DNA of 64,000 nt from Basidiobolus meristosporus CBS 931.73 (lineage: Eukaryota > Fungi > Basidiobolomycota), in NCBI GenBank assembly GCA_002104905.1, contig MCFE01000284.1:1-64000 (forward strand), in the 5' to 3' direction. Positions 25,281 to 36,597 of the stretch are shown piece after piece; position 1 is the stretch's first letter; every line of letters begins with the position of its first letter. A model generated the notes under the pieces. It searched no databases. It had not been told where the DNA came from and saw only the letters and a list, made by a program, of their open reading frames with translations. The position numbers and the translations under genes are program-made.

Positions 25281-26093
25281 GCAGAAATACAAGCTGGGTG
25301 AAAATTGAAGGCATTTTGAAGTGGCAATGGAGAGGAATATGGCTCCAAGGAGGTTTAAATTATCTGTCAACTACTAGTGTACTTCAACAGACTACTACTC
25401 AGCATACTCCACATCAAAATGGAGCAGCCAAGTGTGCTAATTGAGCAACCATAGGGATGGAAAGATCTTTGCTATATGGAAAGGGAATAGAATGCAAGCT
25501 TTGGGCTAAGTCTGTTGCTGCTATGGTGTACATCAAGAATGGTTGCCCAACAGCACAACTATGACTATGAAATTCCACACTCTTTGACGCACATACAGGC
25601 AAAATTCCAGACCTCCAGCCCTTGAGGATTTTTTGCAGTAATATATCCTATCACCTTCCTGACAAATACACTCCAAGCTGTACCAACAAGTAGAATAGGG
25701 ATGTTTCTTGGCTACTGTGAAGATACCAAAGAGTATGCAGTGTGTGATGGCAAAATTGAGAAGCTGGTCAAGGGCAGGAATGCTTCTTTGATGAAAATAT
25801 AGTTCCAAAAGCCACTGTGATTTTGGGCCAGCTGCCTGATGATGTAATTCCAACTGATGAAGAATATATAAACCTAATCCAGCCAGATATGGAGGAAAAC
25901 TCCACTAGTTCTTGATCAGAGCATGTTACACCAGTTGGGAGACCTGACAGAATAAGACTTGCCCCTGGATCTTGGTGGCAGACATCCAATGACCGTGAAG
26001 AAGCTTATCATGCCCTATGTGCCAAACCTCAGAATCTGGAACAAGCATTGCAAAGCCCAGATGCTACTATGTGGCAGCAGGTCATGCAGGAAC
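25281..26093 (+). mobile_element. Older family 1 integrase-to-RT remnant (host of B)
   Basis: Aligns by eye with 17590-18410 but is more degenerate. Confidence 0.8.
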
Positions 26094-26230
26094 TGTTGCA
26101 AGTCTTGGTATACGAGTTGTAGAGGAATAGAGAGTTTGGCTAGTATTGAATTCATTAAACTTTAACTGCTCTTTACTGAGGTTCCAGCAGCCCCTTATAT
26201 ACATTTTGCTAGATCAATGGCTGACTAATT
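26094..26230 (-). repeat. Partial gypsy G1-family LTR
   Basis: GAGTTGTAGAGGAAT..GAGGTTCCAGCAGC matches the reverse complement of the G1 LTR 3' part. Confidence 0.65.
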
Positions 26231-27198
26231 GTATTTCTGGATGTAGGCTGTCTAAGGTCAGATTGACTTCTCTGCTTTCAAAAGAAAGTAGGAATGGCTC
26301 ATTCTTCTCTGGTAAGCCACAAAGCAGACAGAATATCTTCTCTTCATCATCTACACCAGTATTAACACTGTAAAGTACTTCTGCAGGGGTCTGAACTTGG
26401 GTAATGAGTTGAAACATGTCATCCTCCAGCTTCTTCCTCATGTTGAAGGACCTTCTTATCAAATAAAGCTTGCTTCTTATAGACTTTGTAGGGAATATCT
26501 TGTTTAAGGATTCCTATGCTGCTTTGGCAGTATTAGAAGTATGAATTTGTTCATTGAAGGAATCTTGCACATTGATACATATAGCATCTAAGGCCTATCT
26601 CTTCTTTTCTTGAGACATTTCAGCTTCCTCTCCAGTTCCTTTGGCCTTGACTTTCTTTCTGGCTACTACTTTCCAAAGTCTTCTTTCCTCAAGGTGGATC
26701 TGCATCTTGATTATCAAAAGTCTGTAGTTTGTTCCATCAAGCCTATGCACTACAGTGAAGATGTTTGTATTGTTCTATTTAATGGTGGATCAAATCTTTA
26801 GATTAGATTAAAGCAGTTGGAACTTTTAACCTGTTGCAATCCAAGAAGTGTTCTGGATATCAGGGAGCTATCAAGAAATAAAGACAAAAGTTGAACTGCT
26901 GTTTATTCAAAAAGAAACTTGGCATTTATACCTTTTAGAAGTGTTACAGCTGTAACACTAAGTAAGGAGGGCTTTACAACATTCAGGAGCATTCTGTAAC
27001 AGTTGTAGGGTTAGTATAAAATTTTTGATAAAAGTGCTAATTTGATCTTGACTCTGGGGGAATAATCATAGGATCATGGATCTGAAGAAGTAGCAATATT
27101 TGGGCTGCAAATTAGACCTACAGAGACCCAGACTACTCTGGAATTATTAAGTAAATTTTTTGATGCTGAATGATACCAAATAGCTTAATATCTCAGCA
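26230..27198 (-). mobile_element. Old family 1 5' LTR plus gag (copy E)
   Basis: LTR at ~26832-27198 with an eroded PBS (GGTTAAAAG). Gag is homologous to 23760-24640. Confidence 0.8.
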
Positions 27199-27199
27199 T

Positions 27200-29163
27200 T
27201 CACCAAGTTAAAATTCAGTCTACCAGGTATTAGCCTATGAGTCTTGTTATACTTGTGGATCTGAGAAGCATTGGCTCCCCAGTTGATTGATATATTAGTA
27301 CAAAATAGCCAGGTCTTTCCAAGTAGATGGTCAAGCCTGCAGTTCCCATGTATATAGACCTATAGATCTTCTTAGTAGTCATTTATGTTCATTCTTACTT
27401 GCTGAGTAATATGGTTGGCTATATGAAAGTCCTCATCAGCTGTTGAAACTGAAGCAGATTTGGTAGGTTCCAACTTAACTCATGCTTTCAAGGCACACTG
27501 CTCTGACATGTACTTGTGTGATACTCCTTGGTCAATCATGATCTTAGCAGGTACTCCATTGAACACCTCATTTACATATAATAGTTTCTCTGAGTTTGAG
27601 GTCATTTGGGATAGGTATTCTGCTGTTATATCAAAGTCTTCAAGCTCATACTCCACTTCACAATGTAATAGGGCTTCAATATGGCTGAAGGTTCTTGTTG
27701 ACTGGTGTCCATTTCTTTTCTGTGGGCAGTACTTTGAGATGTGCCTATGCTGGTGGCAACTGAAACAAGGCCCTTTCTTCTTGCATTCTTCTCCGCTAGT
27801 TGTAGCTGCTGATCTAATCTGGTTGTGGAACCACTGTATAGGGCTTTTCTGGCTTTGCGTCATGGTAGTCATTCCTTGTTGCTGATGGCTGAGGATCTAG
27901 GGTAACTGAGGCTGTTGGACCAGGATTTGCTGTATAGTATTCTTCCATTATTTATTTTCCAACTTCTTAACAGAGACTTTGTCTTTGTTCAGGAAGGAGA
28001 TTTCTGGTTTTAGCTACTACCATTGTTACAAGGCTTGGTATAAGAGTTGTATAGGAATAAGCAGTTAAGCTAAGTTTGTATTCACAAAAACTTGAACTGA
28101 TTCTTATTTTGGTTCTAGCAGCTCCTTATATATATTTGCCAGCTCAATTGCTGCTGATTGTTTCTCCTAATATAGGTTGTAGCTGATGACTCATTTGGTA
28201 TCATCTTCATCACCTAACTAAATCTTAATATATTTATTTCTGTCTGATAAGGATCTGCTGATTGGTTTGATAACTAACACTACTGGCTTGATAGATAACA
28301 CTGGTATAGTGATAGGCTAAGCATAAAACTAACATATATGATAGAAAACTGATGAACTTAAACATTCAAGCAGTGTGGTGGTGTAGTAGACACTCCTGGG
28401 AAAAGCCACACAAATTGAGGTGTGTGAGGTATCTGATGAGTGCAATAACCTCTGGGTCTAAATTACTGGTGTCTTTGTCAATATGTCACTATGGCAAAAG
28501 CACTTGCTTCTCCAGCTTCTGGATGCTCCAAGTATCTCTAAAGGCCTCTATAAGTCTTGTGCACTACCCTGAAAAGTTCCTTGATGGTAAGTCTGAGGTG
28601 TAACTATAGGAGGTAGGAGCAGCAATGACCTGGTAATCAATGAGGGAGAAGTGTAACTGATAGAAGGGATGATCTATTGATCAGGGATTGACTTCCTCCA
28701 AGTACTTTGCCCAATTAACAATTGACTACCAATGAAAAGGTTCTATAAGATTATAGGTGTTAAGGGAATTCTTGATGACTTCACTATGAGCTAAAAATAC
28801 TACAAGAAGGCTCTGGAAGGTTCCAAAAGGCAATGCACATCCAACCAACCAGGGATCAGTAGTCTGAAGCCTGTTTAACATAGGTATAGAAGCAGTAGGT
28901 ACAGTGACTCAAACTTAGGTCATGTGTCACAGGTACTAGTGGCAATACATATGCAGATTCCAAAGCTGAATAACATCTGGGATCACTAACGCTAATAACT
29001 AATCAGGGCAAATATCATATGTGAATAATACTAGTAATACAAGCAAAAGAAGAATGGGGTAACACCATTAAGATCAATTATGGATAAGTACATCATAATT
29101 GCTGTATGGATCAACTAGTCTGTGGGAGGTATGCTTACCCTACCACAGCAATGAGTCATAACA
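27200..29163 (-). mobile_element. Gypsy G2: 5' LTR (split by an insertion), PBS, internally deleted gag and protease
   Basis: LTR is 28024-28373 plus 29148-29163, followed by TGGTAG. ORF 27480-27872 contains CFSCHQHRHISKYC and the protease-like IMIDQGVSHKY. Confidence 0.8.
28374..29147 (-). mobile_element. ~800-bp solo-LTR-like element, copy 2 (774 bp)
   Basis: The reverse complement aligns with 3636-3686 plus 4424-5175. TGTGGT..ACCACA ends; flanks GCAG/GCAA. Confidence 0.8.
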
Positions 29164-29924
29164 CATGCATGTGCCATATATTGACTGACAATATTCTGAT
29201 GGCCATGGCACAGACATCTGTTCTCTTTATAACAGCAATATGGCAGCCTAAAGCTAGTACAGTATAATGCTACTGTACCAATTTATGATATAATATTTTT
29301 TTTGCTACCTCCCTGTATGCTATTCAAATTTTCAATTGCATTATCTCCCCAATTATGTCCAACCCACTACTGCCATAGATATTTGACACGTAGGTTGAAT
29401 CATAAAAAACAGCCGCTTTGTACTTACCAACCTCTGTATGGGTGTAAATCAGCTGCCTTAACACACTTCTATAATCTCAACTTTAAGGCTTTTCACTGTA
29501 CTAATTGCAAAATTGCCATTTACCTTGTATTACTTGTAATATGATTATTATATCACATCACTGGTCTCCAATGACTAATACAAATTAGGTAGTGAAAAAA
29601 CTTCAGTTCCTTCTATAGAGTTGCATTACATTCTAGCAACTTGTTGAATGCTTCAGGCCAACATAACATACAGTAACAAACTATGGAAACTTCTGTTGTG
29701 TAATGTGATGATTAGTTTGATGCTGGCTCTGCAATCCAAAGGCCAATTAATAGTATACAACAACTTTCAGTATACTACAACTGAAATAGTTCAAAGGGAG
29801 TTTGATATACCAATGGAAGCTATAAATTCAACTAACATCCTCAATCACTAACTCTTATAGTAGCATTTCCTGTTTTGGAAGGCACTTTCCTTTCTGAGAT
29901 ATATTTTCTTATTTGTAACATCTG

Positions 29925-30090
29925 AACCCCCCTTGAACCTAAAGGGGTATGGTAAAGGGGTCTCTGAAGGGGAGTCTAAAGGGATGTCTGTATGGTAAAG
30001 GGGTATCTCACAGTTGTCTCTAAATAAGCACTACACTCAAGGGGTGCCTCATGAGGCTTCTTTAGAACAAAGGGGCTCTGGGGACTTACC
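29925..30090. repeat. Array of AAGGGG motifs
   Basis: About six (A)AAGGGG units, including GTATGGTAAAGGGGT twice, within ~160 bp. Confidence 0.5.
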
Positions 30091-30999
30091 AAACAGCCAC
30101 GTGATAGTTTTCCTGTAGAACCTAGATTGGTTTCTTGCTAGCTTTGCAGTCTTGTTACAGATTTAATACTAGTCAAGGTAAGTACACTCATAAGTGCAAA
30201 TGATGCCAGGAAGTTGTATAGCTTCTAAGCTTGTAATTGTTACATGGAGCTTCTGGAATGAGATGCCTCCTTTTTTTTCAGCTGGGGAATTTAGTTACAT
30301 GAAAATTCTGAAGGTTCAAAGTTTCTGTAGAATTGTGTAAGTAGTGCACCTGATACAATGCTAAATTGTGTAGAGGTCCAGATCCAACATAGGGGCAGCA
30401 CCTGTGACAGTTTCTCTTGATTTGATTGGCTGGTTCATATATTTCATGCAAGCAAAGTCACCATAGTAATCCTAGCAAAAGGGGGCTGGTATTCATGGTT
30501 AATGCACTTTGTTGATCATAATTCCTGAAATACAGCCTCAAATCAGCTAAAATTTGAAACATGTGTTGGCTACTGAGTGCTCTCTCTAGCATAATATTCT
30601 TGGGTGGATTGCTTGTCACGGTCTTGAGCTTTTGTTCTTCAAAGCTGAAAATTCTTGATCCTTTATTTATGTGTTACAATAGCAAGGGCAAAACAAGGAA
30701 ATGAGTGCAATATTGGTTCTCAGATATGCAGTATAGGAATACTTTCCATGACCATACTTCCCATTGAAATTTATGTAGCTTCAAACAATATAAAATAATT
30801 GCATTTCACATGATCAGCTGATCCTTGGCATATCCCCACACAATGTTCTAGCCTGTTCTTTAGTATATTTCTGTCTTGGCATACTTACTGTGCCTCATCC
30901 CAGAACCCTATCAATTTTAGCCAATGTCTCTTGGTATTCATATTGCTAAAAGTTTATGTAGCCTCATCCAATCCTTAGTATTCCTCAATCTGAAAACTC

Positions 31000-32100
31000 A
31001 GCTCTTAAATAAGCTGCCCTGCCTTGTGGATCCCACCTAAGTTCTTTCCTTGTCCTGACTTGCCAAGCTCCACTCTTCTGTCTTTTGTCTATTTATAATA
31101 GCATTGTCAGAGTACACCTGACTTAACTGTGGATCCCTGCCTTCTACCCAAATTCTTGAGAAGAACTTGCACAGGAAGACTGACCATAAGTGCTAACCTG
31201 CTTAATTCCCTAACATTGTCCTCTCAAGGTAAAGATACTTTATCTTTGTAAAATCATTGACCAAATCTGCATTCACTTTATTACCCTGCAGGTGTAATTT
31301 ACACTTGCTACAGTGTTGGAAGCTTTAGAACAATGCTCTATCAAAGGGCATTAAATCCAGTACCTTTTGAAGTGACACTAACCTATCCAATGTTAAGGAC
31401 TGTGCCTCATAATTGTATTCTCAAAAGACTGGTAGCTTTATAACTCACAAATTAATTAGTAATATCCATTATTTCTGAACAAGTCCATGAGACATCACTG
31501 CCTTGTGCTACCTTGTCATGTCCAGCCCTGAGTACAACTTTCTAGGCCTTGTAGTTGCTTTTGCCCGGCTGAGACAGTACAATGCAGACCTTTGAAATTC
31601 TGTTGCTCAACAGCCTATCCACACTCCCACTCACCGGTCTGGAACTGCCCAGAAGTGGTTCTCCCCTTTGGTGGAAACCAAGTCCCCTCTACTCAGTGAC
31701 TGCAATGCCTTCCTCACAGAAATGGAGCTTGACCTAGCCAGAACTGCCTCCAACAAGTTCAAGGACCTGAAGCAAGGAAACAGACCTGCATCCATATATG
31801 CTTCTGGATTCCAGCTACTAGCCTGCAATTTGAGCCTTTGGAGAAATGCTGCCCTAATTAGCAGTTCCTGCATGGAAACATTGATGAAGTCAGTGACCTA
31901 CTGCTCACTCTCCTTGACCCAGTTACTTTGGGTGAAGCTACATATCAAGCAACAAGATGTAACAATTAGCTTTTCCAGTGGATACAGAAATCTCAATATT
32001 CTTGTCAGCTAGCCTCTTTCCCAGCAATCCCATCACCCAGCCGTAAGCCTGCTGATCCAATGCAAACTGACAATGTTAGCATGTGTGCAAAGCTTGGGGC
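31000..32100 (+). mobile_element. Remnants of a second gypsy family (retrotransposon gag domain and pol scraps)
   Basis: ..ARTASNKFKDLKQGNRPASIYASGFQLLACNL.. is typical of the retrotransposon gag domain; a PMQ motif follows at ~32058. Confidence 0.55.
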
Positions 32101-32249
32101 TGCTTGAACAACTTAGAGAAATTTCATGTTCTAGGCTCCTGATATTTTGGTGAAAAAATTCTAAGTATATCCCAAAAAGCAATTTGAGCAGTATTCTCTA
32201 GGACTCCAAGGAATTGATCTGAGCAACTAAGTAAGGTGAAAACTTAGCT

Positions 32250-32560
32250 GGCCTCAGTATTTTTGAGCTCTTCCTAGCTGTCCTCTATGTATCAACTCAT
32301 CATTTCCATGAACAACATGATGGGAATACTCTTGATGAGATTGGGATGTGGTAGTGCTTGCAACTTGCCTTGTCTGCCTATTTTCCCAATCATCTGTGCC
32401 ACAGTAAGCTCCCAAAAGGTGAAGCAAGGTCTAAAATTCTCCATGCACCAAGAAAGCTGGAGTCAATAATGGACGCAGTGTCATCATAGAGCTATACACT
32501 CAGCTTTATGCTGCTGGTATGGCTACTCAAGTTGCAACACAAACTCTTTGCATAGAAGCT
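32250..32560 (-). mobile_element. Degenerate retroelement (probably integrase zinc-finger region) fragment; homologue at ~37500-37800
   Basis: The two intervals share CCAAAAGGTGAA.CAAGGTC.AA.ATTCTC and CAGCTTTATGCT. The translation is only loosely integrase-like. Confidence 0.4.
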
Positions 32561-32599
32561 GTAGATGCATCAAACTTGCATTTGTGAACCACATCTGGA

Positions 32600-33180
32600 T
32601 ACGTATACTTACAATGTCAACAAATAACTCCCAAAGCCTTCAATGTACTCTTAAAAGAAGCTGTTTCACATGGCCACTTAAATAAATACATGTCCGGTTC
32701 ATCCAGTGCTGGCATTGGTATTGCTGTATTTGTATACCAATAGTGTTAAGAACTTGTGATAGAACTTTAGGTAGCAGATACCTTGCAATATTGTGCCAAT
32801 TATGTCAACTTTCTCTGCCTACTCCAAGAGGTTATTTAGCTCAAAATGCCCCATGTTCAAGTTGGTCAATGATATAAGGATATAGCTGAAAAGCAAATGC
32901 ATTGCTCCTGGTAGAAAGCTTTAGCTTGATATATTCCATCTATCTTTAGTATCTGTGATTTTGTATTAACTTCATATTCCATACAATGGCTTATAGCTTG
33001 CCAGCATTGCTGCAATTGTATACAGACTTCTGTATGTCCTCTCTGTGGAACAATAATGTACTCAGTATTAGTGTTTGTATAATACTAATGTGTTTGAGTT
33101 ACCAAGTAAATCCTGTGGATATCACAGATTTTCCCACAACACTATCTATTGTATCCAGAAAGGCCCTCTATCTTGCTGAC
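32600..33180 (-). pseudogene. Possible hAT-like transposase remnant
   Basis: The minus strand gives ..TDTKDRWNI..AMHLLFSYI..ELNNLLE*AEKVDIIGTILQ.., reminiscent of the hAT D..TRWNS motif. Heavily decayed. Confidence 0.3.
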
Positions 33181-33182
33181 CC

Positions 33183-35791
33183 TATGATGATCCCATCAAA
33201 AGGCCCAAAGTTAAAGTCCTGTGACTAGGAGGTAATGATCCCATTAGGACATCATCCAGAGACTGTTGAAAAATAAATGCTCCCTAGATTTCACAAAAAA
33301 CTTGGTCAAAATATTTTATCACATCAATGTATAAGTAGCTTTTGATTAGTTCCCTGTCAATTTGCTAACTTTCTGATACCAGACACTCTATTGCCTCCTA
33401 CATTTGTGTGCATTGATTGGCAATTGCCACTTTTTCACACTCCTTACCTCCTGACTCAACTGTTTCTCTTACTTCTCATGTTTACAAATTGATTTATTTC
33501 CATTGAAACTTCAGTTGTACCTCAATTGCCAAATGTATTGACCTATACAAGTCCCTATACCCTACACTAACACTTAGCCCAACCCCACAATCAACAAGTA
33601 ACTCCATCAAAATCCAACACTCAATAAGTATTTCTGCCGTAGCACTGTGGTTCCATGACTTTGGCAGGAACCTAACAGCTTTATGCCACTATTCATTCAC
33701 TGGTTTTCACATGTCCTGGTCTTCAGCTGGCACTGCAAGGTCTAGCACCTCATCTGCCAGCCTTTGCAATAAATCCATGCACTATTCCAATGCATTTTCT
33801 TGAGCACTGCTCTTGAAGAAGTGCTGCAACCTCTTGGTGTGCCTATTTATGTTCCAAAACTCCACTGAGTGCATTTATCACTGCCAGGTCTTTCACTGCT
33901 ACTTTGTCTGAGTGCTTCATGTAAAGAACCACATTTACTCCTGGATAGTTCTGCTCTGATGCATCTGCTTTGACCTGCTTGTCCCTTGCTGGCACTCTTC
34001 TGGCAACCTGATGTTTCTTTTCCGCTTGTTTTGAGCTCTCAGCTCTGATTGTGATGGGCTGCTGTAAAAGCCGCTGGTTTTTATCACCGTCAGGTCCTTC
34101 ACTGCTACTTTGACTGGGTGCTTCTTGAGTGGTACTACGCTTTTTCCTTGATAAATGTTGTGCAGGTGCATCAATGTGTGCCTGCGTGTCCCTAATTGGC
34201 ACTCTTTCAGCTGCTTGACATCTCTTTGAAACTTGTTGGGAGCTTTGGCCCTGCTTGTAATGGACTCTTGTGGAAGCTGCTGGTCTTTAGCCATGGCACT
34301 CTTGTTCTTCTGCCTTTGATAGTTTCTGCTATTGTTAAGATACTTTCTTAGCATACCATTGCTGGCCCAAAATCTATTTGCTGTTTGAATCCAGGATAAT
34401 GCTCATAGAACAAGTCAAGTGCATTCTGATTGGCCTTGAGCTTCTGATGGTGGCATGGAATGCCAGCCTTAAGGTGATGGTGGGCTAGACTTCTGACAGC
34501 CTTTTGTATATTAGCCCACTCTTCATTATTGCACTCAATGCCTTCACAGATCTTCAATGTCTTTTAATTTTTAGGCTTTAGTATGAACATCAGATTGTCT
34601 CCCTCTAAACCTAAGCCTGTAACAAACAGGGCTGAAAGTTCTAAGCAAGCAGCAAGGAATTGTCAGGTTGCTGTGAGAGTGCAGGCAAGATGGATGTATC
34701 AGTGCAGCATTTATCCAGGATAAAGCAGACTACAATACAAGTAGTACTTGGTCAAGTAGCAGTAAAAGACTTGGCTATAGTAGAGGTAAAGGTAAAAAGC
34801 AAGAAGTCTATTCAAGACCAAGACAGGAAAGTGTAAGAGAAGAGCTGCTGCTCTCACCAGTTAACACTGCCAGCCTGGCATTGGTGGAGCTCCATCTTTG
34901 CCAAGAAGAATTACCAACAAGACAAAGCTGTTTTTTCAGGAGTTGAAAGCACAGCCAGTTGAGCTACTCTCCAGTGAGGTAGATGAGTTTGCGGAGAAAA
35001 GCAATCTGTCTACAACAGCCTCCACATCCTCCATTTTAGATAGAGTGGAGATCCCACTGACAGACAATGCTACAATGTCAAGAGCTCAAATGACTATCTT
35101 AGTGCCATCAGTGGAATTTGGAAGCCTTAATTTGTATACCAAGTGGTTGCAGCTCTTCTTCAAGAGCGGTGCTCAAGAAATTGCACTTGAATATTGCTAC
35201 AATTTATTGCAAAGACTGGCAGATGAGGTATTGCACCTTGTAGTGCCAGCAGAAGACCAGGATATATAGGAATCAGTGGATGAACAGTGGCATAAAGTTG
35301 CAGAGTTCCTGCCAAAGTCATGGAAAAATGGCATAAGAGCAGAAATACTTTTTGAATGGTGAGCTTCAATGGAGTTACTTGTTGAGTCTGGGGTTGGGCT
35401 TATTGTTAGTATAGGGTATTGGACTTGTATAAGTCATACAAGTGGCAATTGAGGTACAAATGAAGTCTTAACAGAAATAAATCCATTTGTGTGCATAAAA
35501 GTAGGAAAATATTTTGCATCAAGAAGTTATGAGTGTAAAAAGAGGCAATAGCCAATCAATGTTCACAAGTTCAAGAGGTGATTAAGTGTCTGGGACCAGA
35601 AAGTACAAGAATTGGAGAGGACCAATCAAAAATCACTTGTGTATTATTGTGATGAAAATTTTGACTCAGTTTTTTGTGAAATCTGGGGTGCAATAATTTT
35701 TCAGTGGGCTTTGCATAGTGCCCTGATGGGATCAATACCTCTTAGTCAGGGGACTTTAACTTTGTGATGGCCTTTTGATGGGATCATCACA
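33183..35791. mobile_element. 2.6-kb inverted-repeat element with coding sequence running outward into both arms
   Basis: 33183-33845 is the reverse complement of ~35135-35791 (roughly 75-80% by eye), and 33860-34060 matches 34620-34790. Ends are TATGATGATCCCATCAAAAGG and CCTTTTGATGGGATCATCACA. ORF fragments at 33843-34557 (-) and 34898-35360 (+). Confidence 0.8.
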
Positions 35792-36299
35792 ATTATGTCT
35801 CAAAGGGGAGGGGATAGCCAGTAAAGGACAGCCAGTGTGCAGCTCATAGTCAGCGGCAGAATTCAAAAGAAAGATCAGAGTAATTTGTGTTGTAAGACAT
35901 TAACAAGAGTTGCAAGCAATTGAAGAACTAAAAGAACAGCATGATGTTCACCTGCTATACTGAGCTTAGGAAGCATCATATCTTTACTTCAAGGAAAGCT
36001 CTCTATAAGTGCTGGCAGGACAACCATGAAGTTGGTCAAGGAAACTGTGGGCAATGTTGGGGGGCCTTTGGACAGGCTTGAGAATACTACTAACATCTAG
36101 GCCTTTATTAGTCACAACCTCAGCTAACTTCTTGTGAGCTACATTTAGTAAACATCCCACAACTTACCAGTTACCAAGAAAAATCTGGCCTTATATAAAT
36201 GACTTAGACGCAAGCTTGACATCCACCCCAGTTCTGCATCTTCATCATTGGTTCATATTCCCACAGATTCCCACTCATTAACCTTCAGTGTAAATCTGT

Positions 36300-36597
36300 G
36301 TACTAGGTTACTTGCTTCTTGTGTCATAGCAACCATACTCTACGGATATTTCTGCTAAATACCCTTTATTGCAGTTTAACATAGATGATGGGTGTGTTTC
36401 AATGCCCTCTGGGCATCATTCTCCATATCAGCTCCTAAACTTTCAATTAGCATCAATTCACAGGATGCATATATTGATAAGCCTTTTTAGTTGTTGTACA
36501 GTGCACAGGCTTTGGTAGAGAATATTTGTCTCATATACACAGTCTTAGCAGCCAAACATAACTGACAGTTGTTCTCCAATGCCTTCAAGGAATTCAT
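36300..36597 (-). mobile_element. Family 2 gag fragment (left half of outermost host M)
   Basis: The minus strand reads ..LKALENNCQLCLAAKTVYMRQIF.., homologous to gag of H (KALEDTYQSCLAAKNMYMRQKF). It continues from 50489. Confidence 0.65.
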
